From: Thermomicrobiales bacterium
GTDB taxonomy: Bacteria; Chloroflexota; Chloroflexia; Thermomicrobiales; UBA6265
Assembly: GCA_034431475.1 (NCBI GenBank)
Contig: DAOUDE010000108.1
Coordinates: 48,882-112,881 of the forward strand
Reading direction: 5' to 3'
Length of the DNA stretch: 64,000 bases
The notes under the pieces were generated by a model that worked only from the letters and a program-made list of their open reading frames with translations, ran no database searches and was not told the origin of the DNA. The position numbers and the translations under genes are program-made. This document shows, one piece after another, positions 9,005 through 17,817 of this stretch (position 1 is its first letter; the number at the start of each line of letters is the position of its first letter).

Positions 9005-10693
9005 CTATGCCCCCAGCGGCTCGTACCCATAAACCAGGTCCGGGTCGCCTCCATCCGCCGTCACCGTCAGCACCACGTGAGACTGGCCGTCATCACCCGC
9101 TTCAAAGGTAAAGACCCCCTGCGGTGGGAACCCGGACAGCGGTGGATCGACAATCAGGTAGCCAGCCACCGAGCCATCCTCGGCCATCTGCGGCAGCAGC
9201 GCCGAGCGGTAGGGGCCGGAAGTAAAGGTCAGCGAGTCGCCCCGCAGCGTCAGCGTCAGGTCGCCCAGGGCCGGGTTGGTGTAGGTTCCCAGGAACGGCG
9301 TCACCGCTGCCGGGTCGACCTGCCCGACAGTCTCCAACAACGCCGCTCGCCCGCTCGCGAGCCCGGCGAGGTTCGTCTCGAGCAGCGCATCCATCGTTGC
9401 CGGCTGATCGAAAAGCAGTTCCAGCAGCCGGAACACGATGGCGTAGATCAACTGCCCGGCAGTCCCGGACCCGTTGGTCAGGACCACCACCCCCAGCTCG
9501 GCTTCGGGCAGGAAGGTCACCAGCGACGAGAACCCCAGCGTGCCCCCACTGTGCCAGATCGTGCGCTGCCCACCGTATGCGCCAACCACCCAGCCCAGGC
9601 CGTAATGTTGGGCGAAGGCGGCCATCTCGGGCGGTCCCCCCGGCGCGGCCGGCAAGGCCACCCCTGGCTGCCAGGTGCGCTCCAGGTTCTCGGCCGAAAC
9701 CACCTGCCCGCCATCCGGCCCAACCCCGTGCCCAAGCTCGGTCTGCACGTAGCGCACCATTTCCCGCGCACTCGACCAGAGCGCGCCCGACGGCGCCACG
9801 GGAACCAGCCAGGTGTCGTCCATCATCAGCGGCACCGGGTGAACCTCCCCGAAGAGATCCGGTGCATGGGGCGAGGCATAGTCGTTGCCGGCCACCACTT
9901 CGCTGAGGTCGTAGGTGGTGCGCGGCATCCCGATGGAGTTGAGCACCCGGTCACGCAGCGCAATCGCGTAGGAATGCCCCAGGGCCTCTGCCGACCCGCC
10001 GTCGGCAACACCGGCGGCAAAGCCCCCGGCCGCGACCAGTTGGTTGTTGTACTGGTACTTCTCCCCGAACGGCGCGGTCAGTGGCAGGTCCGCCATGCTG
10101 GCGATCATCCGCTCCGGGGTCAGCTCATTGGCCGGGAAGATGAACTCGAGGTCGCGCCGGGGCAGCCCACTACAGGCGCAGAAGGCATCCTCCACGGTCA
10201 GGCGCGGCGTGAGGTCGGCATCCTCGACGGCGAATGTTGGCAACAGGTCGATGAGCGGGGTATCCCAGGTCACCTGTCCGGTGTCCACCAGGGTCGCGAC
10301 GAGCAGGGAACTGAAGGACTTGGTGACCGAGCCAATCCGCAGCAGCGTATCCGCCGTAACGGGCTCCGGACGCCCCAGTTCGCGGACGCCAAACCCCTGC
10401 AGAAAGGCGACCTCCCCACCCTGCACCACCCCGACCGCAACGCCCGGCACGCCCAGTTCGGCGACCTTCTCCGCGACATAACGCTCGAAGGTCGCCAGGT
10501 GCTCCCCGGTCAGTGGCAGCGGCGCGACCCCCGTCAGATCGGGGAGAGCAGCGGCTGCCGGCGTGGCCTCCTGCGCGGGTGTGGCACGTTGCGCGAAGCC
10601 GCTGGCCGCCATCGTCGTTGCGGCAATGCCGGCCACTCGCAGGGCCCGACGGCGGGAGATGGCAGGGGAGTGTCCGGAACAAGACGTCGGCAT
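9005..10693 (-). CDS. Secreted serine hydrolase, beta-lactamase (class C / PBP4*-like) family
   Basis: Tat-like leader (SRRRALRVAGIAATTMAASGFA), catalytic GSVTKSF (SxxK), a YNN second motif, and a C-terminal extension of about 150 aa. Confidence 0.85.
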   Translation of the reverse strand: MPTSCSGHSPAISRRRALRVAGIAATTMAASGFAQRATPAQEATPAAAALPDLTGVAPLPLTGEHLATFERYVAEKVAELGVPGVAVGVVQGGEVAFLQGFGVRELGRPEPVTADTLLRIGSVTKSFSSLLVATLVDTGQVTWDTPLIDLLPTFAVEDADLTPRLTVEDAFCACSGLPRRDLEFIFPANELTPERMIASMADLPLTAPFGEKYQYNNQLVAAGGFAAGVADGGSAEALGHSYAIALRDRVLNSIGMPRTTYDLSEVVAGNDYASPHAPDLFGEVHPVPLMMDDTWLVPVAPSGALWSSAREMVRYVQTELGHGVGPDGGQVVSAENLERTWQPGVALPAAPGGPPEMAAFAQHYGLGWVVGAYGGQRTIWHSGGTLGFSSLVTFLPEAELGVVVLTNGSGTAGQLIYAIVFRLLELLFDQPATMDALLETNLAGLASGRAALLETVGQVDPAAVTPFLGTYTNPALGDLTLTLRGDSLTFTSGPYRSALLPQMAEDGSVAGYLIVDPPLSGFPPQGVFTFEAGDDGQSHVVLTVTADGGDPDLVYGYEPLGA

Positions 10694-10784
10694 CGTGGCG
10701 CATCCTTTGTACGTCGTTGCTGCGGGTCCAGGGGCCGTAGCGGAGCATACCTTGCACGAGGGCAGACGCTCCTGCAGGAGCTTC

Positions 10785-10918
10785 GGGAAGACGCTGCGCT
10801 TGGGAGTAAGGGAATACGGAGTGACGAACTGGCGCCATTGGCCTGTACTCCGTCGTTCTCCTTACTCCCTTATTCCCTGAGCGCGTGAGCGCGTCTTTCC
10901 GAAGCGCAGCGTCTTCCC
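10785..10918. repeat. Compound inverted repeat (MITE/REP family C-like) in the leader of the serine hydrolase gene
   Basis: gggaagacgctgcgctt (10785-10801) pairs perfectly with aagcgcagcgtcttccc (10902-10918). The inner arms gggagtaagg..acggagt / actccgt..ccttactccc also pair. Contains the ccctgagcgcgtgagcgcgtc motif also seen at 14906-15000 and 33735-33790. Confidence 0.65.
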
Positions 10919-10920
10919 GC

Positions 10921-11024
10921 GAAAAGCAAAACGCCGACAAGTCCAGCGCTTGCGCGCCATCCCCGTCGGCGTTTGCTTCACCGGGCGTTTCGGGGATTGC
11001 TCCCGTCCGTTTCTGGTGTGCAGT
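10921..11024 (-). ncRNA. Candidate ~100-nt structured RNA (copy 1), sRNA or cis-leader
   Basis: Lies downstream of a consensus-like promoter. Conserved core caccagaaacggacgggagcaatccccgaaac with a GGGA-GCAA-UCCC hairpin. Ends in the stem gcaaacgccgac/gtcggcgttttgc followed by TTTT. Near-identical copy at 39478-39579. Confidence 0.5.
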
Positions 11025-11025
11025 G

Positions 11026-11054
11026 AACGTACACCCTGCGTGACCCCTTGTCAA
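11026..11054 (-). promoter_or_regulatory. Sigma70-like promoter of the candidate RNA, copy 1
   Basis: The minus strand reads TTGACA (11054-11049), a 17-nt spacer, then TACGTT (11031-11026). Confidence 0.55.
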
Positions 11055-11417
11055 GACCCTGTGAGCGCCTCACGACCTGCTGGAGGGCGCACCCAGCCCC
11101 ACCTGGCGCGGGCTCCCGGCGGTCTGGCTTGCACTCGCCAGCGGAGTGCCCGGCAGCGCGTCCACCATGAGCCGCTGTTGACCTGGTGCAACGCACACGC
11201 TGCTGGCGGTGCGGTTATTCGCCACCAATCATGCCACTGCTCGCGGCTGGTGAAGGCGTCCCGTTCCACCGTTCCCGGAACCATGCTGACCCTCCTGTGC
11301 GGCCAGCGTTGTCAGGATGCGTGCGGCGCGCCGCAGAGTGGTCACTGGCCCACACCGAGTCTGCCCCGCCTGGCCGAAGAAGGCAGCTAGGGGAGGTACG
11401 CAACTTTGCCCGGCCGG

Positions 11418-14000
11418 CTACTCGGTTTCTGCGGGCAGGCCCAACTGGTGGGCGGCGGTGATGGCGTCCGCACGGGTGCTCACGCCCAGTTTGGTGCAGA
11501 TGGCGGCAATGTGGTTCTCCACCGTCCGGGGAGAAAGGTGCAGGCGACGGGCGATCTCCGGTGACGTTGCGCCGCCCATCAGGACATCCAGCACCTCGCG
11601 CTCTCGCCGCGTAAGCCCGGCCGGGTTGCGGCGAGTGGCGCTCTGGGGCCCACGCGAGATGTGCTGCGCCCCGAGCGCGCGCAGCCGCCGCCGGAGCTGC
11701 GCGGCCAGTGGCCGGGCCTCCAGGGCTTCACACGTCGCGAGCGCGGTCCGCAGCGCAGTTTCGTCGTCACCCTGGGCGAGTGCCCGGGCTGTCTCATACG
11801 GCGCTTCCTGGGCAGTCCAGGCCGCGGCGGCGGCTTCCCACTCGCCGGCAATCTGCAGGCAGTACGGGCTAGCCTGGTCTGGGCAGGCGGATACTGGTAC
11901 GCCACAGACCCAGCCCCAGTAAGCGAGGCTGCAGGCGAATGGGCCCGTCGCCGTGGTCAATGCCTCGGCGATCGCTGCGGCCCAGGGCGCGGTCGGCTGC
12001 TCCAGCAGCACCGCCGCCTCGGCACGAGCCGTCAGCCAGGGCGACAGGTAAACGAGGCTGCCGCTGAAATTCGCCAACTCGCGGGCCTCCTCCAGCAGCG
12101 ACTCCCCGGCCACCTGCCCACGGCGCACCATGACCAGGCCAGCCACGATCTGGGCCATGAAGCGAGAAGCTGGCGCGGCTTCCCGCGCCGCCAGCACGCC
12201 CGTGGCCAGGTGCAACGCGGCGTCCCACTCTCCGCTCCGGAGTTGGCACTGCGCCATCTGGCTTTCCAGGTGGTGCTCTGCCAACCCCATGTCATGTTCC
12301 TGCGCGTATCGCAGGCCCGCTCGCGCGTGCGCCATGGCGTGCTGCTGCTGCCCATGATGCGCAAAGCCCTGTCCCAGGCAGAGATATCCGCGTGCGGCAA
12401 TCGCGGTCAGGCCGGCGGCAGCCGCTTCGGAGATAGCCACCAACAGGCGCGCCTCGCCAGACGCCAGGCTGCCCTGGATCATGTCGGCTTCCCCCAGCGT
12501 CATTTCCGCATCGAGCCGGGTGGCGTCTGCGCCGCAGGCCATCGCCAGGGCGAGGGCTCGCGTCGCCAGGCGCATTGCCTCGGCGCTCGCCAGTTCGCTG
12601 CCGGCCAACCGGGCCCAGGCGCCGTACGCCGCCGCCAGATCCGGGCCGGCAGCATGGGTTTCCAGGAGCGATACCGCCATCCGGATCTCTCGTTGCGCGG
12701 CGCCAATCTTGCCCTCGGCCCAGGAGATACCGGCCAGGTGAGCGCGCGCCACGCCCAGTTCACGCGTACTGCCAGCAGCCTCCCAGATCGCAATCGCGGC
12801 CTGGCTGCTCGCCAACGCGGCGTCGATCTGCGCGGTGTAGTAGGACGCTTCCGAGTGCGCGATGAGCAGCGATGCGCGGGTGGCCGGGGCCACCGCATCC
12901 GCAAAGCGCAGGGCTCGTTCGTAGTGTTGCGCCGCCTCGCGATAGGCCTGTAACTGCACTGCCCGTTGCGCTGCCAGCGGCGCGTACCGGAGCACTGCCA
13001 CGGCCTCCCCGGCCTCCTCCGCGTGGTACGCCAGCCGCCCCGGCTCCCGCACCGGGGCCGGGCGCGCCTCCAGGGCACGCAGAACCTGCCGGTGTACTTC
13101 CCGTCGCCGCCAGAGAGCGAGCGCGGCGGCCATCGCCTGTCGCGCCAGCTCGTGCCGGAAGGTCAGTTCCTGCCCGTTCTGCACGAGCAGCCCATGCTCC
13201 AGGCACGCCTCCAGGTCCCCCGGCCCCGGGCTTGCCACTGCCTGCAACACCTGCAGATCGACCGGCGAGCCAATCACCGCCGCTGTCGCCAGGAAATCCC
13301 AGGCGGTAGCGCTCAGGCGTGACGCCCGCGCCAACACGGCGTCACTGACGCGCGGCGGCACCGCCCCCGGCGCTGCCAGCACCTCCGTCACGAAGAAGGG
13401 GTTGCCACCAGTGTGGGCATGCAGTTCAGCAGGGTCCAGATCGCTGCCGCGGGCCAGACGCCGCACCGCCGTCAGCGACAGCGGCGCCAGATCAACGCGG
13501 TGCAGTGTCCCGCCCGTTGCCAGGTCTCCCAGCAGCCGGCGCAAGGGGTGCCGGGCGCCCACGTCGTCATCGCGGAACGTCAGGATGAGCAGGGTTCGCC
13601 GCTCCGCAATGCGCCGCCCCAGGTAGTGCAGCAGGTCGAGCGTCGCCTCATCGGCCCAGTGCGCATCTTCGATCGCCAGGATCGACGTGGCGTGGAGGGT
13701 GGTCAGGCGCTCCAGGACCGCCCGGAAGAGCAAATCGCGCGGGGCCTGTTGCAACAGCAGCGAGGTCAGCGCCGTCTCGTTGAGATCAAAGATCGGGGCC
13801 AGCGGGCGCGGCGTGGCGACGCCGTCGCAGCGCCCCAGCAGCACGCGCGCGTCCACCCCGGCCAGGAACCGGCTCAGCAGCGCGGTCTTGCCCACCCCGG
13901 CCTCGCCGCAGAGCAGCAGGATCAGGCCATGCCCGGCGTCAGCCTGCTGCAGGCAGCGGCGCATATCCGCCAGCGCTGCGTCTCGCTCCAGCATCTCCAT
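11418..14000 (-). CDS. LuxR-family regulator with N-terminal AAA/STAND ATPase (LAL / MalT-like)
   Basis: 860 aa. Walker A GEAGVGKT, a long TPR-like helical middle, and a C-terminal LuxR HTH (REREVLDVLMGGATSPEIARRLHLSPRTVENHIAAICTKLGV). Confidence 0.85.
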   Translation of the reverse strand: MEMLERDAALADMRRCLQQADAGHGLILLLCGEAGVGKTALLSRFLAGVDARVLLGRCDGVATPRPLAPIFDLNETALTSLLLQQAPRDLLFRAVLERLTTLHATSILAIEDAHWADEATLDLLHYLGRRIAERRTLLILTFRDDDVGARHPLRRLLGDLATGGTLHRVDLAPLSLTAVRRLARGSDLDPAELHAHTGGNPFFVTEVLAAPGAVPPRVSDAVLARASRLSATAWDFLATAAVIGSPVDLQVLQAVASPGPGDLEACLEHGLLVQNGQELTFRHELARQAMAAALALWRRREVHRQVLRALEARPAPVREPGRLAYHAEEAGEAVAVLRYAPLAAQRAVQLQAYREAAQHYERALRFADAVAPATRASLLIAHSEASYYTAQIDAALASSQAAIAIWEAAGSTRELGVARAHLAGISWAEGKIGAAQREIRMAVSLLETHAAGPDLAAAYGAWARLAGSELASAEAMRLATRALALAMACGADATRLDAEMTLGEADMIQGSLASGEARLLVAISEAAAAGLTAIAARGYLCLGQGFAHHGQQQHAMAHARAGLRYAQEHDMGLAEHHLESQMAQCQLRSGEWDAALHLATGVLAAREAAPASRFMAQIVAGLVMVRRGQVAGESLLEEARELANFSGSLVYLSPWLTARAEAAVLLEQPTAPWAAAIAEALTTATGPFACSLAYWGWVCGVPVSACPDQASPYCLQIAGEWEAAAAAWTAQEAPYETARALAQGDDETALRTALATCEALEARPLAAQLRRRLRALGAQHISRGPQSATRRNPAGLTRREREVLDVLMGGATSPEIARRLHLSPRTVENHIAAICTKLGVSTRADAITAAHQLGLPAETE

Positions 14001-14075
14001 GGATCGCCTCGCCGGTATACCGGGGCATCCCGAGCCTGTTTTCGCGATGCTCGGGCGAACGCTGTCACCAGGGCA

Positions 14076-14466
14076 CTAAGAGCGCAATTGCCGCCCGGTA
14101 GTCAGCCGCCATTGGTGAAGCTCGTCGATCACCTCGCTGAGGAGCGGCCACCTGTCGTGGCCAATCCATTGCGGTGGTTCGAGGTATGTCCAATCCGCAT
14201 AGTTGACGCCGTGTCGATGGTGATTATCGCCATGGCCAGGGTAGGAATGGGCATCATCGTACCGAAACACCGCTCTCGGCTCGCTGCAAACGATCATTGC
14301 CTGATCGTTGGCAGCGCCGGGTCTTGACGTAAAGACGACCTCCTCGATCCAGGATTTCCAATTGCTTGGCAACACCGAGAAACATGCCGTTCTGGCACAC
14401 GATGCCCCCGGAAAGGATGGCCTCGTCCGATAACACGTCGCACCGATCAAGATTGTGCTCGCGCAC
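14076..14466 (-). pseudogene. Disrupted ORF of unknown family (possible partner of the upstream antitoxin-like gene)
   Basis: Protein-like segments occupy two frames. VREHNLDRCDVLSDEAILSGGIVCQNGMFLGVAKQ runs from GTG 14466. WKSWIEEVVFTS...DDAHSYPGHGDNHHRHGVNYADW...SEVIDELHQW runs to the stop at 14076. A frameshift near 14350-14380 is needed to join them. The region is visibly AT-richer than its surroundings. Confidence 0.3.
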
Positions 14467-14487
14467 AATCCCCGCTCCATCGCTCGC

Positions 14488-14868
14488 TCAAGATAGGCCA
14501 GGTGGATATGCAGGTAGCAGTGACGTTCGTTCCAGTTGTGACGACCAGGCTTTGCCGGCACGGACCAGCACGTCGTAGTCCTTGATCCCTCGGCAGATGT
14601 CTGAAGTCTCCGTGAGTTCTCCGGCATCGATGGCCCGGTGAATATCACCGGAACGAATCTTGAACTGACGCTCGTACGCCTGCACGCGGGAGCGAAGTCT
14701 TGCGACCACACGCTCATGCTCCGAAGAATCCCGGGATTTCCGGGCGATCTCCGCAGCCAGGCGATCAGCCGTGGTCTCTGGTTTTCTGATCGCAAGGACT
14801 ATCGGCGCCTCCTTTCGCGTTGCGATGCCCGCGTTGCGTCGCGACGCATCAGCGGGCAACATGTCCAT
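14488..14868 (-). CDS. Hypothetical small protein, antitoxin-like
   Basis: 126 aa. The segment YERQFKIRSGDIHRAIDAGELTETSDICRGIKDYDVL resembles the FE.KYGMSSEEF...GEL....W motif I associate with small TA-associated proteins. This is from memory only, with no family assignment. Confidence 0.4.
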   Translation of the reverse strand: MDMLPADASRRNAGIATRKEAPIVLAIRKPETTADRLAAEIARKSRDSSEHERVVARLRSRVQAYERQFKIRSGDIHRAIDAGELTETSDICRGIKDYDVLVRAGKAWSSQLERTSLLPAYPPGLS

Positions 14869-14905
14869 GAGTATCAGTCGCTAAGACTCACCGCGAACCG
14901 CTCCT

Positions 14906-15000
14906 TCACCCCCTGAAGGCGAAGCCCGGCACCCCCTGAGCGCGTGAGCGCGTCACCCCCTGAGGCCGCAGGCCGTCACCCCCTGAGCGAAGCGTCTCCC
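14906..15000. repeat. Tandem array (about 4.5 units of 21-24 bp) of tcaccccctgag + mini-hairpin, just 3' of cphA
   Basis: Units read: caccccctgaaggcgaagcccgg / caccccctgagcgcgtgagcgcg / tcaccccctgaggccgcaggccg / tcaccccctgagcgaagcgtc / tccccctcacg. Confidence 0.7.
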
Positions 15001-15002
15001 CC

Positions 15003-17657
15003 TCACGTCGTCCGCCCCGTGAGCTGCTCGAATACCGCTGCCGGCTTGTCCGCCATCAGGATCACGAAGTCGTTGCGGCCCGCGCGGGAAATCGCCTCGC
15101 GCGCCGCCTCCATCTCATCGAGCAGGATATCCACCTTCGCGCCATTCTGGCCCGTAATCACCTCGTGCAGCATCCCGGCCACCTCGCCCCGGGCGCGGCC
15201 ACGCGGGTTCGCGTCCTCGCGGATCACGATCTCATCGAACGTCGCGCCAGCCAGCCGCCCAAAGGCGGTGATGTCATCGTTGCTGCGGTCACCGGGCACC
15301 GCGATCATCGCGATCGTCCGGTCGGCATCCATCCGCTTCACGAAGTCCGCCATCGATTCCAGCCCCGCCACGTTGTGGCAGTAATCGAGCAGCACCTTGC
15401 GCCCCTCGATCTCCAGCAGGTTGAAGCGGCCCGGAGTCTGGAAGAAGTTACTGGTGAAGGTGCGCAGCGCCGTGCGGATGTACTCCAGTTGCACGTCGAG
15501 CGCGAAGGCTGCCGCCGCCGCCGCCAGCGCGTTCTGGATGTTCACCCGGATACGCCCGTCCAACGTTGCCGGGATTTCCTCCGCCAGCAGCAGGCTGGTG
15601 TCGCGCCGGTGCTCGATGAGGGTAATCATCTCGCCGTGCCGCGTCGGCCGCAGCACCACCGCCTTGCCTCGCTCGCGCAGGTGATCGCGGATCACCGGGT
15701 TCTCCTCGTCCATCGAGAAGTAGATGATCTCGCCACGCGCCACCCGCTCCATTTCCACGGTGTACGGGTTGTCCGCGTTCAGCACCGAGGCCCCGTTCGG
15801 CAGCACCGACTGCGGCACCACTTCCTTGACCCGCGCCAACTCGGCGAGGGTGTTGATCCCCTTCAGCCCCAGGTGATCGGAAGAGATGTTCGTCACCACC
15901 GCCACGTTGCAGCGGTCGAAGCCCAGCCCGGAGCGCAGGATGCCGCCCCGCGCCGTCTCCAGCACCGCGAAGTCGACGGCCGGGTTCTTCAGCACCATCT
16001 GCGCCGAGGTCGGGCCGCTCATGTCCCCGGCGGCAATCTGCGTCGCGTCGATGTAGATGCCGTCGGTGGTCGTCAGTCCCACCCGCTTGCCGGCCGTCTT
16101 CATGATGTGCGCGATCATGCGCGAGGTCGTGGTCTTGCCGTTCGTCCCGGTCACCGCCACAATCGGCACCCGGCTGGGGCTGCCCGGCGGGAAGAGCATG
16201 TCGATCACCGCGCGCCCGACGTGGCGCGGGTGCCCCTCGGTGGGGTGGGTGTGCATGCGAAAGCCGGGCCCGGCGTTGACCTCCACAATCGCCCCGCGCT
16301 GCTCGCGCACGCTGCGCGCAATGTCCGGCGTGATGAAGTCGATGCCCGCCACATCCAGCCCGACCACCATCGCCGCCTGCCGCGCGATCTCGACGTTGTC
16401 CGGGTGAATATCGTCGGTGCGGTCGATGGACGTGCCGCCGGTGCTCATGTTGCCGGTCAGCTTGAGCTGCACGAACACCCCGGCGTCGGGAACGCTCTCC
16501 AGGGTGAAATCCTGCTTGCCCAGGACCTCGACGGTTTGCGCATCGACCACGATACGCGTGAGAATCTTCTCGTGCCCCACGCCGCGCCGGGGGTCGGAAT
16601 TGGTGATGTCAATCAGTTCCTGCACCGTGTGCGTGCCATCGCCGCGCACATGCGCCGGTACCCGCTCGGCGACCGCCACCACCTGGTTGTTCACCACCAG
16701 GATGCGGTAATCCTTGCCGGGAATGAACGTTTCCACCACCACGTAGCCGCCGCGCGTCTCTCGCTCCGCCAGCGGGTACGCCTCGCGCACCGTCGCTTCA
16801 TCCGGCAGGTTGATCATCACGCCGCGCCCGTGGTTGCCGTCCAGCGGCTTCAGCACCACCGGGTAACCCATGCGCCGCGCCGCCAACACCGCGTCATCGG
16901 CCGTGCGCACCACCATCGAGCGCGGCACCGGAATCCCCACTTCGTGCAGCAGGCGGTTCGTGAGTTCCTTGTTCCCCGCGATATCGACCGAGATATTGGC
17001 CGTCTCGCTCGTCACCGTCGCCCAGACGCGCTTCTGGTACGCCCCGTGCCCCAGTTGCACCAGGGAGCGGCGGGGATCGAGGCGCAGCACGGGCACGCCG
17101 CGCCGCTCGGCCTCGGCCACAATCGCGCCGGTGGAGGGGCCATACGCCAGGCGCTCCGCAACGCGGATCACCTTCTCCTCCAGCTCGGCCACGAAGTCGA
17201 AATCTGGCTCGGTGTCGTAAATGAGGTGGTTCAGCAGCCGGGCAGCCAGGTTGCCTGCCGCGATCCCCACGTCTTCCTGCGCGTAGGCGTAGACCACGTT
17301 GTAGACGCCGCGCTCGCCCGCGCCGCGCGTCTTGCCCCGGCTGACCTCCGCCCCGGCCAGGTTCTGCAGTTCCAGGGCCACGTGCTCCAGCACATGCCCC
17401 AGCCACGTCCCTTCGCGCATGCGCTGCAGGAACCCGCCCGGCTTCCCGACGGAACAGGTGTGGTCATACAGCCCTGGCAGCAGCTCCGTGATCTGCTCGT
17501 AGAAGCCGGGGATCTTGTTGGTCGGCCGGTCCTCCAGCTCGCCAATGTCCACTTCCAGCAGGATGGCCGGCATGCGGGCCCAGATGTTCGGGCCGCGGAA
17601 CACGGTGGTGTGGCGAATCTCGATCGTCACGGCAACAACTCCGGCAACGGTGGCCAA
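15003..17657 (-). CDS. cphA: Cyanophycin synthetase
   Basis: 884 aa. Characteristic N-terminus (IEIRHTTVFRGPNIWARMPAILLEVDIGELEDRPTNKIPGFYE), an ATP-grasp middle, and a Mur-ligase-type C-terminal half (VAVTGTNGKTTT). Confidence 0.95.
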   Translation of the reverse strand: MATVAGVVAVTIEIRHTTVFRGPNIWARMPAILLEVDIGELEDRPTNKIPGFYEQITELLPGLYDHTCSVGKPGGFLQRMREGTWLGHVLEHVALELQNLAGAEVSRGKTRGAGERGVYNVVYAYAQEDVGIAAGNLAARLLNHLIYDTEPDFDFVAELEEKVIRVAERLAYGPSTGAIVAEAERRGVPVLRLDPRRSLVQLGHGAYQKRVWATVTSETANISVDIAGNKELTNRLLHEVGIPVPRSMVVRTADDAVLAARRMGYPVVLKPLDGNHGRGVMINLPDEATVREAYPLAERETRGGYVVVETFIPGKDYRILVVNNQVVAVAERVPAHVRGDGTHTVQELIDITNSDPRRGVGHEKILTRIVVDAQTVEVLGKQDFTLESVPDAGVFVQLKLTGNMSTGGTSIDRTDDIHPDNVEIARQAAMVVGLDVAGIDFITPDIARSVREQRGAIVEVNAGPGFRMHTHPTEGHPRHVGRAVIDMLFPPGSPSRVPIVAVTGTNGKTTTSRMIAHIMKTAGKRVGLTTTDGIYIDATQIAAGDMSGPTSAQMVLKNPAVDFAVLETARGGILRSGLGFDRCNVAVVTNISSDHLGLKGINTLAELARVKEVVPQSVLPNGASVLNADNPYTVEMERVARGEIIYFSMDEENPVIRDHLRERGKAVVLRPTRHGEMITLIEHRRDTSLLLAEEIPATLDGRIRVNIQNALAAAAAAFALDVQLEYIRTALRTFTSNFFQTPGRFNLLEIEGRKVLLDYCHNVAGLESMADFVKRMDADRTIAMIAVPGDRSNDDITAFGRLAGATFDEIVIREDANPRGRARGEVAGMLHEVITGQNGAKVDILLDEMEAAREAISRAGRNDFVILMADKPAAVFEQLTGRTT

Positions 17658-17817
17658 TCTGCGTGAGCAGTTCGTGGAACTTCAACCATATTATGCGTGT
17701 GTTGACCAGTCTGCGTGAGGAGTGGCGATGGGAGGATGATCCAGGAAAAGTAGCCTGGGCAGAGGCAACATCATTGACTCCGGCAACCGTAGACGTTCCA
17801 GGCAGGAGGGGGCTTCC

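Noticed and set aside
11051-11284. 77-aa minus-strand ORF with a strong AGGAGGG Shine-Dalgarno (MVPGTVERDAFTSREQWHDWW...) just upstream of RNA-module copy 1
   Set aside because: Hand-counted GC3 is about 69%, lower than in clear genes here. The second half is R/W/A-rich and runs into the promoter of the RNA module. There is no equivalent ORF next to copy 2. I kept it only as a remote possibility.
14170-14190. tRNA-like GGTTCGA T-loop strings (also at 48923 and 24013)
   Set aside because: All lie inside coding or ORF sequence, and none has a flanking acceptor or anticodon stem arrangement. I found no tRNA or rRNA gene in the window by eye, though a proper tRNAscan was not possible.
14906-15000. 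Possible CRISPR array (regularly spaced repeats)
   Set aside because: The units are only 21-24 bp in total, with no spacers of 25-40 bp and no cas genes nearby. The same unit occurs singly elsewhere. It is a REP-type tandem array.
15165-17666. 833-aa ORF antisense to cphA; similar long alternate-frame ORFs occur at 392..1477, 2573..4096, 4103..5501, 9077..10888, 11661..12953, 13413..14327, 27819..29135, 33368..34927, 35048..36794, 36674..37744, 43132..44604 and 48961..50627
   Set aside because: Each overlaps a gene with clear family motifs on the other strand or frame. Their translations are dominated by R, G, H, P, Q and A runs. I treat them as GC-driven artefacts.
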